From: Candidatus Methylomirabilis oxygeniifera
GTDB lineage: Bacteria > Methylomirabilota > Methylomirabilia > Methylomirabilales > Methylomirabilaceae
Direction of reading: 5' to 3'
Assembly: GCA_000091165.1 (NCBI GenBank)
Contig: FP565575.1
Location: 1,530,001 to 1,562,000 of the forward strand
Length of the DNA stretch: 32,000 nt
Shown piece by piece: positions 24,504 to 31,760 of this stretch. A program made the translations under genes and the position numbers. Numbering within the stretch: position 1 is the stretch's first letter; every line of letters begins with the position of its first letter. Below the pieces are notes generated by a model that ran no database searches, was not told the DNA's origin, and saw only the letters and a list, made by a program, of their open reading frames with translations.

Positions 24504-24551
24504 GGCCGAAGGTGGAAGGTCTTAGACTACTTCAGTCTTCGGTCTTCAGCC
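24504..24551 (-). other. Extended imperfect stem-loop in the flgM-flgN spacer, containing CTTCRGY heptamers
   Basis: On the minus strand, GGCTGAAG pairs with CTTCGGCC (8 bp including one G-U), GAAG pairs with CTTC, and the inner stem is AGACT-GAAGT-AGTCT. No U tract follows. Confidence 0.4.
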
Positions 24552-24576
24552 TAACCCCTTCTTGTAAGCCTGACCG

Positions 24577-24885
24577 CTACACAAGACGATCGAACAGGCC
24601 CTGTCCGATCATCTTCGCTGCGACCTCGCGACCCTTGACGTTATACACCCCTCGCTGGATCATACCCTTAAGCTCCGCCACCTTTTCGTGGCGAACCTCA
24701 GGCGAGGCCGCCAGGAGCGTTCGAGTCTGCTGAAGCGCCTTTGCCGCCTGCGAGAGTTCGACGCGATCGGCAGGCGCGTCATGAGCCGGAGCCGACTGTT
24801 TCGATTCTGGTCGCTCCGCCGCGTCCTGGACTCGGTTAAGATGGGGATTAATATTCGTACTGTCGCCACGGTTCTCGATTTTCAC
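24577..24885 (-). CDS. flgM: Anti-sigma-28 factor FlgM
   Basis: The C-terminus VRHEKVAELKGMIQRGVYNVKGREVAAKM is typical of FlgM. GTG 24885 lies 7 nt after AGGAG. Confidence 0.8.
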   Translation of the reverse strand: MKIENRGDSTNINPHLNRVQDAAERPESKQSAPAHDAPADRVELSQAAKALQQTRTLLAASPEVRHEKVAELKGMIQRGVYNVKGREVAAKMIGQGLFDRLV

Positions 24886-24953
24886 CGGTCTACTCCTTCT
24901 ACAAGCAGCCTTCAGATATCAGCGGTCAGCTCATAGCCGATCAATGATCGCTA

Positions 24954-25304
24954 TCAGCGGTCTCTCTTTGTGATATCGGTAGATTGGGACGGTTCCTTGA
25001 GTCGATTTTCGTGGACGTCAGCTCTCAGGGTCGCCCGCAGTTGCTGTTCCAGCATCTTCCCCACACCGATCCCCCCGCTACGGGCGATCGCCTTCGCGAT
25101 CTCATCGGTGAACAACTGCCGATAGAGGTCCTGCGACAGCCCACCGCCAAACAGCCCGGCCTGCTCACTCGGCCGCGCCTCCTTGAGGAGTGAGGCGATC
25201 AGGATTGCTTCGAACCCTTGGGCCACTTCTTTGAGCTTCTGCTCTTCCGGCTGCGTACGCTGTTGCGCGGCGTGCAGTCCCGGCGATACCTTGCCCAAAT
25301 TCAT
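24954..25304 (-). CDS. Rod-binding protein (FlgJ N-terminal domain only; no muramidase domain)
   Basis: KLKEVAQGFEAILIASLLKEAR..LYRQLFTDEIAKAIA is the Rod_binding pattern. ATG 25304 lies 4 nt after GGAGGA. Confidence 0.8.
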   Translation of the reverse strand: MNLGKVSPGLHAAQQRTQPEEQKLKEVAQGFEAILIASLLKEARPSEQAGLFGGGLSQDLYRQLFTDEIAKAIARSGGIGVGKMLEQQLRATLRADVHENRLKEPSQSTDITKRDR

Positions 25305-25322
25305 ACGATCCTCCAACCGGCA

Positions 25323-26459
25323 TTACATAATTTGCAGTTCGCCCTGCAAGGCGCCTGCGGCCTTGATCGCCTGCAGCAGGGAAATCATGTCCCGCGGCGT
25401 GACCGCCAGTGCGTTAAGCGCCTTGATCACATCCCCGATACTGACGCCCTCACCCATAAGGTTGACGCGAGTCCTATCTTCTCTCGCCTCTATTTCGGTC
25501 CTAGGCACGACGGTCGTCTTGCCTTCAGACAGCGGAGCCGGCTGGGAGACCAACAGTTCCGACCGGATTTGCAGACTCAGGTTGCTGTGGGCGACAGCCA
25601 CCGTCGAGATACGCACCTGACTGCCCATAATGATCGTCCCCGTCCGTTCATTGACGACCACCTTTGCCGTCATATCAGGCACCAGGCTCAGGTTCTCAAT
25701 AGCCGCAATCAGCTCCACCGGATTGGCCAGATACGAGTCGGGAACCCGGATCTCGACCGTGGACGCATCCTTCGCCCTGGTTTCCGCTCCGAGTGAGTGC
25801 CCGACCGCCTGGGCCATTCGGATGGCGGTGGTAAAGTCAGGATTGGTCAGCACGAGCAGCAGTTGCTGGGCCTTCAGGAAATCCGCGGACGGCTCCCGCT
25901 CTACAATCGCTCCGTTGGGAACCCTACCCACAGTCGGATGGTTCTTCTGGACCTTTTCGCCCGTCCCTCCCGCCTCAAAATTGAATCCTCCGATAGAAAT
26001 CGCACCCTGCGCCACGGCGTAGACCTGACCGTCGGCAGCCTGAAGGGGGGTAATCAACAGCATGCCGCCCTGTAAATTGGTCGCATCTCCCATCGACGAG
26101 ACCGTCACGTCCAGGGTGCTGCCCGCTTTGGCGAAGGGCGGCAGCTTCGCTGTCACCATAACTGCCGCTACGTTTTTCAGCGTCAGACGCTCGGCCGGTA
26201 CGGTAATTCCGAGCTTCTTGAGCATGCTGACCACAGCCTGGATCGTAAAGGTGACCTGTGCCCTGTCCCCTGTCCCGGCGAGCCCAACCACCAGGCCGTA
26301 TCCAAACAGTTCATTTTCCCGAACTCCCTGAATCTTCGCGATATCCTTGATCCTCGCCTCGGCCATGGCAGGAGCCGGCAAGGTTGCCGTAACGGCGCTC
26401 AGTACCGTGACGATAACAGCGACCATCGCCGCGCTCCGCACCCATAAATCCCCCCGCAT
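25323..26459 (-). CDS. flgI: Flagellar P-ring protein
   Basis: The signal peptide ends in ..PAPAMA, followed by ARIKDIAKIQGVRENELFGYGLVVGLAGTGD. The start is uncertain: ATG 26459 sits inside the GC hairpin, GTG 26441 has better SD spacing, and I reject the track's start at 26516. Confidence 0.93.
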   Translation of the reverse strand: MRGDLWVRSAAMVAVIVTVLSAVTATLPAPAMAEARIKDIAKIQGVRENELFGYGLVVGLAGTGDRAQVTFTIQAVVSMLKKLGITVPAERLTLKNVAAVMVTAKLPPFAKAGSTLDVTVSSMGDATNLQGGMLLITPLQAADGQVYAVAQGAISIGGFNFEAGGTGEKVQKNHPTVGRVPNGAIVEREPSADFLKAQQLLLVLTNPDFTTAIRMAQAVGHSLGAETRAKDASTVEIRVPDSYLANPVELIAAIENLSLVPDMTAKVVVNERTGTIIMGSQVRISTVAVAHSNLSLQIRSELLVSQPAPLSEGKTTVVPRTEIEAREDRTRVNLMGEGVSIGDVIKALNALAVTPRDMISLLQAIKAAGALQGELQIM

Positions 26460-26491
26460 CCCCCCTTTGATAAAGGGGGGTGAGGGGGGAT
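26448..26491 (-). promoter_or_regulatory. GC-rich 44-nt hairpin built from two C6 and two G6 runs; it encloses the flgI translation-initiation region
   Basis: Plus strand: atcccccc-gc-atccccccttt-gat-aaagggggg-tga-ggggggat. There is a 9-bp inner stem and an 8-bp outer stem. ATG 26459-57 lies in the internal loop. Confidence 0.6.
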
Positions 26492-26528
26492 TTTCTGCGC
26501 TCTGCATTCGTTGCACTCTATACTCCCC

Positions 26529-27143
26529 TCAGTAGAGGAACAGCCAGTCGGCAAAACGGTTCAGGAGGCCTGGGCGCTGCTTCTCGGCCAGCGCGCCCTT
26601 CCCTTCCAGAACAATCTCCGCATCGGCGATCTGTGTCGATAAAATGGTATTGGCGGGAGTGATGTCTACCTGACGGATTACCCCACTAATCGCTACGTAT
26701 TGGCTTTCGTCGTTGGCCCGGACCGCCCGGCGCCCCTCAATGATGAGATTGCCGCTCGGCAGCACTTTGACCACTCGCGCTACGACTCTTGCCGTCACTT
26801 CATCACTCCGGGTGATAGAGCCCGACCCCTTATGCTCATTCGCCCCTTCAAAAGCATATTGTGTCTTATCCCCCAATGGCAGACCAAAGAGGCTCGACAG
26901 GTTGGCAGAGTTCGTAGACTCCTTCTTAGTGTTGGTCTCAGTCTGACGATTGAGACTGCTCGATTCTGTCACGAGAACGGTGACAATGTCACCCACGTGC
27001 TGCGCTTTAGTATCGACAAAGAGGAAACCGGAACCGATATCCCGCCATAACGATTCCCCGGAGGCTGTTCCGCCGCACAGCCAGAGCGCCGCCGCCAACC
27101 CCGCACACCATCGTTTCATGCTACTGATCGCTAATGGCCGCAT
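26529..27143 (-). CDS. flgH: Flagellar L-ring protein
   Basis: LFVDTKAQHVGDIVTVLVTESS..ITRSDEVTARVVARVVKVLPSGNLIIEG. The ATG overlaps the flgA TAA by 1 nt. Confidence 0.9.
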   Translation of the reverse strand: MRPLAISSMKRWCAGLAAALWLCGGTASGESLWRDIGSGFLFVDTKAQHVGDIVTVLVTESSSLNRQTETNTKKESTNSANLSSLFGLPLGDKTQYAFEGANEHKGSGSITRSDEVTARVVARVVKVLPSGNLIIEGRRAVRANDESQYVAISGVIRQVDITPANTILSTQIADAEIVLEGKGALAEKQRPGLLNRFADWLFLY

Positions 27144-28198
27144 TATTCAGACCCGATCCGGATTGTCTTGTCGGTTTCCAGCTTCCCGATGACCTCTCTG
27201 CCGGACGCCGTATTTTTCACCCGAACAAGCTGGCCGGCTTTGCCCACCTCCTGGGCAATCCCCTTCGCCGTAACCAGTAAGCGTGGAGTCTCGACCATCA
27301 GAGTGACAACCTCCCCTTTCTGGATGAGGGGCGGCAGTTCCACCGATTCGGAGACCACAACCTCCCCCATAGCCAACGTCCGAGTCGTCCGACGGCCAAC
27401 GGCCAGCGTAAGGTCTTGAAGCGGCTCGTGAGCCAGCGGGCCGATGTCCCGACGCTCAAGGCGTACATCAGCCCCCTTCACGACCGTATGACGAGGCAAA
27501 GGGTAATTTACCACCACGACCTCGCGCATAAGCGACAGCCTCACGGCGAGCGACACGGCCCGGTAGAGCCGTCCATCGATCCAGACTTCCACAATGACAG
27601 GAATCGACCCGAGGCCAACCGACGACTGGAAACGCGGTCTCGCCCTCAGCTCGATCTCGCCGGGCGGGACCACGAGAGCGGGGGGAAGCGTATCGGGACG
27701 AACCGTGATCCGTTCCAGCTCCTGTTCTCGCCCTTTGAGGACCGCCGACTTAGCGGCCTGGAACAACTCATCGCTCTCGATCACCCGATGCGCGCCCGCA
27801 ACCATGACGTGGCGAGGCGACTCGATCCGGATGCCGGACGGATCGATCCTGTATTGACGAAGTTTGATCACGATCAAGTCGGGATCAAACGTCCGAGTGA
27901 GACCGGGCGGCGGCGCCTGTCCGACCGGAAGGGCTTCGAGCGCTTCCGACAGCGACTGACTCTGCGCAGTAATCTCGGCAAGATCCTTGAGGAGAATCTC
28001 CTTACCCCGCACCGTCGCCGATTCTTTCACCCGAATGACCGCACGAGGCATACGTTCACGCTGCTCCAGCGGGAGGCCCTGGCCGGCCGGCGCGGACTGC
28101 ACAACAGCGATCACGATCGCCAGCACTACACCCGCTACCTGGGTTGCCCTGGGTAGGCAGAAGATGACTCCGCTCGTTCCGTCCATTCCGCGTCCCAT
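27143..28198 (-). CDS. flgA: Flagellar P-ring assembly chaperone FlgA (long form, 351 aa)
   Basis: The C-terminus GEVVTLMVETPRLLVTAKGIAQEVGKAGQLVRVKNTASGREVIGKL is typical of FlgA. SAF-like segments lie upstream of it. Confidence 0.8.
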   Translation of the reverse strand: MGRGMDGTSGVIFCLPRATQVAGVVLAIVIAVVQSAPAGQGLPLEQRERMPRAVIRVKESATVRGKEILLKDLAEITAQSQSLSEALEALPVGQAPPPGLTRTFDPDLIVIKLRQYRIDPSGIRIESPRHVMVAGAHRVIESDELFQAAKSAVLKGREQELERITVRPDTLPPALVVPPGEIELRARPRFQSSVGLGSIPVIVEVWIDGRLYRAVSLAVRLSLMREVVVVNYPLPRHTVVKGADVRLERRDIGPLAHEPLQDLTLAVGRRTTRTLAMGEVVVSESVELPPLIQKGEVVTLMVETPRLLVTAKGIAQEVGKAGQLVRVKNTASGREVIGKLETDKTIRIGSE

Positions 28199-28224
28199 AC
28201 CCTACACCCTAGACCCTATACCCT
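28197..28224. repeat. Heptanucleotide tandem repeat (ANACCCT x4; minus strand AGGGTNT x4) abutting the flgA start codon
   Basis: ataccct acaccct agaccct ataccct. The minus strand reads AGGGTAT AGGGTCT AGGGTGT AGGGT-ATG. Confidence 0.85.
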
Positions 28225-28233
28225 GGCACTTCC

Positions 28234-29022
28234 TCATCTCCTGATGTTGTTCGAGACCTGGAGCATCTCATCGGCTGCCTGAACCGCCTTTGATCCGGCC
28301 TCATAAGCCCGCTGACTCATGATGAGGTTGACCATCTCCTCCACCACTTTGACGTTTGACAACTCCAGAAAGCCTTGGCCGATCGTCCCAAGACCCTGAG
28401 TCCCAGGGGCGCCGCTGGTCGGGTCGCCGGAGGCCGAGGTCGGCAGGGAGAGGTTTCGGCCCACGCTCTGCAGGCCGGCCGGATTGATGAAACGACTCAG
28501 CTCGATCGTCCCTATCTGCTGGCTGGCCGTCTGTCCCGGAATGGTCGCCGACACCACACCGTCAGAGCCGACATGGATCGTCATCGCCTGCGCAGGAATG
28601 GACACCTCGGGCTGCAGCGCGAAGCCATCGGATGTCACAACCCGCCCGTTGGCGTCACGTTTGAAGCTGCCGGCACGGGTATAGGCGATCGTTCCATCGG
28701 GCCGCAAGACCTGAAAGAACCCGTCACCTTCGATCATCAGATCGAGCGGATTTTCGGTCTGCTGCGGATCGCCCTGGATATAGATCCGCTGGCTCGCTAT
28801 CGGCTTGCTCCCATGCCCGACCTGGATGCCGACCGGAATCTCGGCGCCGCTTGCCGTAGAAGCGCCGGCAGGCCGATATGTCTGGTAAAACAGGTCCTGA
28901 AAATCGAGGCGACTCCGCTTGAACCCGGTCGTATTGACGTTGGCCAGGTTATTTGCGATGTTGTCCAGATTCAGTTGCTGAGCCTGCATCCCGGCTACGG
29001 CGCTGAACAATGCTCGGATCAT
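28234..29022 (-). CDS. flgG: Flagellar distal rod protein
   Basis: MIRALFSAVAGMQAQQLNLDNIANNLANVNTTGFKRSR...LELSNVKVVEEMVNLIMSQRAYEA. Confidence 0.95.
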   Translation of the reverse strand: MIRALFSAVAGMQAQQLNLDNIANNLANVNTTGFKRSRLDFQDLFYQTYRPAGASTASGAEIPVGIQVGHGSKPIASQRIYIQGDPQQTENPLDLMIEGDGFFQVLRPDGTIAYTRAGSFKRDANGRVVTSDGFALQPEVSIPAQAMTIHVGSDGVVSATIPGQTASQQIGTIELSRFINPAGLQSVGRNLSLPTSASGDPTSGAPGTQGLGTIGQGFLELSNVKVVEEMVNLIMSQRAYEAGSKAVQAADEMLQVSNNIRR

Positions 29023-29039
29023 CTGCGCTCCTTTTTCTG

Positions 29040-29777
29040 TTAGATTCTGCCCAACTCAGAGGCCGCCTGGTTTAGGCTCTGGTCCAGCGCATGGATCGCC
29101 TTCTGATAGGCCTCCGACGCGCGTAGGGAGACCATGATCTGCGTCATGGCGGTGACGGCATCAACGTTCGATCCCTCCAGGAATCCCTGGCGGATCTCGA
29201 CCGTCTTCGCAACAGGGGGCTCCGGGGCGCTTGGCTTGAGGGTAAAGAGGCTACCTCCCCCTCGGATAAGAGCGGTAGAATCCGGATCGACGATTCGCAG
29301 GCGATCAACCTCCTGTCCCTCCACCAGAATCCGCCCACTGTTATCCACAATGAACCGCCCGCCAGGAATCTGAACCGCCCCTTTCTTACCCTGAACGCGG
29401 CTGCCATCCGGGGTCTCCAGATGTCCCTCGGCATCGATAGCGAAATTGCCGGCCCGCGTGTAGCGCACTCCTTGTGGCGTCTGTACGACAAAGTAGCCGG
29501 GGCCGCTGTTGGCCAGGTCCAGCGGATTCTGTGTCTCACGGATCAGGCCTCGACCGAAATCGGTCACGCGGCGACCAATCCAGACCGGCTGAGGACCTTC
29601 CGGCCGCCCTTCGATGAGTAGGGCGGATTGAAGCGGTCCTCTGGCGCCTCCTTCGATGACCATGAGGTCACCTTTGAACCCGGGCGTTCCCGTGTTGGCG
29701 AGATTCTGCGACAGCGCCTCCATCTTCGCCATCTGCGCCATCAGACCGGACGCTGCCGTATACAGTCCACTCACCAT
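29040..29777 (-). CDS. flgF: Flagellar proximal rod protein
   Basis: MVSGLYTAASGLMAQMAKMEALSQNLANTGTPGFK...LEGSNVDAVTAMTQIMVSLRASEA. It lies upstream of flgG. AAGGAGG lies 7 nt before the ATG. Confidence 0.85.
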   Translation of the reverse strand: MVSGLYTAASGLMAQMAKMEALSQNLANTGTPGFKGDLMVIEGGARGPLQSALLIEGRPEGPQPVWIGRRVTDFGRGLIRETQNPLDLANSGPGYFVVQTPQGVRYTRAGNFAIDAEGHLETPDGSRVQGKKGAVQIPGGRFIVDNSGRILVEGQEVDRLRIVDPDSTALIRGGGSLFTLKPSAPEPPVAKTVEIRQGFLEGSNVDAVTAMTQIMVSLRASEAYQKAIHALDQSLNQAASELGRI

Positions 29778-29829
29778 CAGATTGCCTCCTTTCGCGAACT
29801 CTCACTCCGCGTCTACCCGAGGAGAGACA

Positions 29830-29844
29830 GCAAGCCGTGTGCCA
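29830..29844 (-). promoter_or_regulatory. Sigma54 (RpoN) -24/-12 promoter upstream of flgF
   Basis: The minus strand reads TGGCAC-ACGGC-TTGC, identical to 15865..15879. It lies ~55 nt upstream of the flgF ATG. Confidence 0.78.
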
Positions 29845-29879
29845 CCGCCATTCCATGGAAAAGAGGGGCAATCTCAGAG

Positions 29880-29893
29880 AAAAAAGGGGGGGG
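29880..29893. repeat. Homopolymeric tract A6G8 (minus strand C8T6) between the upstream motif and the flgF sigma54 promoter
   Basis: Read directly: aaaaaagggggggg. It lies immediately 3' of the REC-GGDEF stop codon (29895-97). Confidence 0.9.
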
Positions 29894-29894
29894 T

Positions 29895-30902
29895 TTAGGA
29901 CAGGACGGCTGGAGATGGGGAAAAATTTGCCGCAGTACTCAAGCCATCGGTATGGGCGGAGTCCACCAGAAGCCGCCGATCGACAAGATAGACACTACCC
30001 GGTTTGGCCTTCGCGGCAGTCTTCAGTTCGGCGGCGCGGGCAACGAGCTGACCCACATGTTCAAAGCCCCGCCCCTCGCTCGGAACGACGGCAATAGATA
30101 GCGTCATAAGCGGAAAGCGGCAGAGGCGATTCTGGCGGTCCTTCAGGAGCAGAGATCCCTGACGACGATCAGTCTCATCATAGAGGGAAGGCGCGATCAG
30201 ATCGAAATTTGCGATGATCTCCCGACAGGCCGATTCGATCTGCGGCATCGGCAGGATCACAACAAAGTCATCCCCTCCGATATGTCCGACAAAACCGGAT
30301 CCCGACCCCAGGTTCACAACAGCGTTCAAGACGATTCGCGCCGTCATCCTGAGTGCGTCATCGCCCCTGGCAAAGCCGTACCGATCGTTGTACGCCTTGA
30401 ACGAGTCAATGTCGAGATAGGCCAACGCAAAGGCCTGATCGGCGTCAAGCCGCCGTTGAATTTCTTGAAGAATGGTGTTGTTTCCGGGTAGGCGGGTCAG
30501 CGGGTTGGCATCAAGTTCGAGATTTGATCGCAGGAGGCAGAGACGACTCCTGATGCACACCTCTTGCGGGCTGACGGGCGCCGCAACAAAATCGCTAAGC
30601 TGAAGCTCCGCCCACGTATCGACCCGCTCGTCGGCCCCGGTCTGGAGCAGCAGGATCATCGGAAGCTGGCGGAACACCGGATCGGCTCGGATGAGCCTCG
30701 CGATCCTCTCTCCCTCCGAGGCGGACAGGTCATCGCTCAGGATCATGAGATCCGGGGGATCGGCATACATCTCGTACAGCGCCTGGCAAGGATTGCTTGG
30801 CGTCTTCACCTCGAAGCCTTCCCGCATCAGACGCTCGACCGCCTCATGAGGCAGAGAGGGATCGACTCGAATGAACAGAATCTTTGCGCTGTGGTCCGTC
30901 AT
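29895..30902 (-). CDS. Response-regulator receiver + GGDEF-family domain protein with atypical motifs (GGDDF)
   Basis: The REC-like N-terminus reads KILFIRVDPS..PDLMILSDDLSASEG..PMILLLQTG..DFVAAPV. The GGDEF domain reads FALAYLDIDSFKAYNDRYGFARGDDAL..GHIGGDDFVVILP. Confidence 0.8.
   Translation of the reverse strand: MTDHSAKILFIRVDPSLPHEAVERLMREGFEVKTPSNPCQALYEMYADPPDLMILSDDLSASEGERIARLIRADPVFRQLPMILLLQTGADERVDTWAELQLSDFVAAPVSPQEVCIRSRLCLLRSNLELDANPLTRLPGNNTILQEIQRRLDADQAFALAYLDIDSFKAYNDRYGFARGDDALRMTARIVLNAVVNLGSGSGFVGHIGGDDFVVILPMPQIESACREIIANFDLIAPSLYDETDRRQGSLLLKDRQNRLCRFPLMTLSIAVVPSEGRGFEHVGQLVARAAELKTAAKAKPGSVYLVDRRLLVDSAHTDGLSTAANFSPSPAVLS
29916..29944. promoter_or_regulatory. Second copy of the conserved upstream motif (see 15983..16011)
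   Basis: TGGGGAAAAATTTGCCGC-AGTACTCAAGC, starting 72 bp upstream of the TGGCAC element. In the pse copy that distance is 104 bp, a difference of 32 bp (about 3 helical turns). Confidence 0.5.
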
Positions 30903-30914
30903 ATCGCTGAATAC

Positions 30915-31760
30915 TCAGGCAAAGGCCATGGTAATCTCTTGCTCGTCAACCTCGCTCAGCGCCTCCTCGACCTGCCCCATTGTCAGACCAAGACGATTCC
31001 ACGCTGCATGGGAGAGCGGGGGAACCTTCGCGTCTCCCGAATCTCCGATACTCGCAGCAATGCAGAGAATATCGGCCAAATGAACAATGGCAGTCGTAAG
31101 CGTGGCCTCTCGGGCGAGGTGCGGGACGTGATGAAACGCGATGGGCTCTACCAGCTTTTCCGGCAAACTCCATCGCTCAAGCAACCATCGGCCGATCTGG
31201 GCGTGGGTTGCGCCCACCACCTCCGCCTCCGCCTCGTGCATGAGGAGATGCCGCTTCCTTGCGACTTCCACAATTGCAGTAAACTCCCCAGGCAGCGTGG
31301 CGCAGAGGGCGATCTTGCCCAGGTCGTGCAGCAACCCCGCCACTACCGCCTCTTCTGGTTCGTGAAGTCCCACCTTCCTGGCCAGGACACCCGCGACCCG
31401 AGCGGTCCCGATCGAGTGGTCCCACAGATGCTTGCGATCCAGACCGTCCCCTCCCCCTTGCTGAAGAAGATCGAAGACAGACGCGCTCATGGCGAGCCCC
31501 TTGACCACGTTAAACCCCAGAAGTACCGTAGCATGCGTAATCGTCGACACGCGGCGTGAAAAGCCGTAGAAGGTGGAATTGACTAATTTGAGGACCCTGG
31601 CCGAGAGTACCTGATCTTTCGCGATGATCCGTCCCACATCGGCGGCAGAGGTATCGGGGCTTTCGACCATCGAGGCGATCTTGGTGACAACCTGCGGTAG
31701 CGTGGGAAGGGTAGTAATCCGCTCGATCTTCGCTCGCAGGATCTCCGGTGTCATGGTCAT
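30915..31760 (-). CDS. HDOD-domain signalling protein
   Basis: LPTLPQVVTKIASMVESPDTSAADVGRIIAKDQVLSARVLKLVNSTFYGF..ITHATVLLGF..LLHDLGK. ATG 31760 overlaps the upstream stop (ATGA). I reject the track's start at 31871. Confidence 0.82.
   Translation of the reverse strand: MTMTPEILRAKIERITTLPTLPQVVTKIASMVESPDTSAADVGRIIAKDQVLSARVLKLVNSTFYGFSRRVSTITHATVLLGFNVVKGLAMSASVFDLLQQGGGDGLDRKHLWDHSIGTARVAGVLARKVGLHEPEEAVVAGLLHDLGKIALCATLPGEFTAIVEVARKRHLLMHEAEAEVVGATHAQIGRWLLERWSLPEKLVEPIAFHHVPHLAREATLTTAIVHLADILCIAASIGDSGDAKVPPLSHAAWNRLGLTMGQVEEALSEVDEQEITMAFA

Noticed and set aside
28224-28229. Plus-strand TGGCAC in the flgG-flgA spacer, considered as a third sigma54 promoter
   Set aside because: It has the wrong orientation for the surrounding minus-strand genes, and the -12 position reads CATC rather than TTGC.
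25218-31559. Long plus-strand ORFs antisense to flagellar and signalling genes (25218..25796, 27416..28156, 28375..29043, 29628..30101, 30564..31559 at 331 aa)
   Set aside because: Each lies opposite a confidently identified gene (flgI, flgA, flgG, flgF, REC-GGDEF/HDOD). None has an RBS or recognisable motifs, and the composition is Arg-rich.
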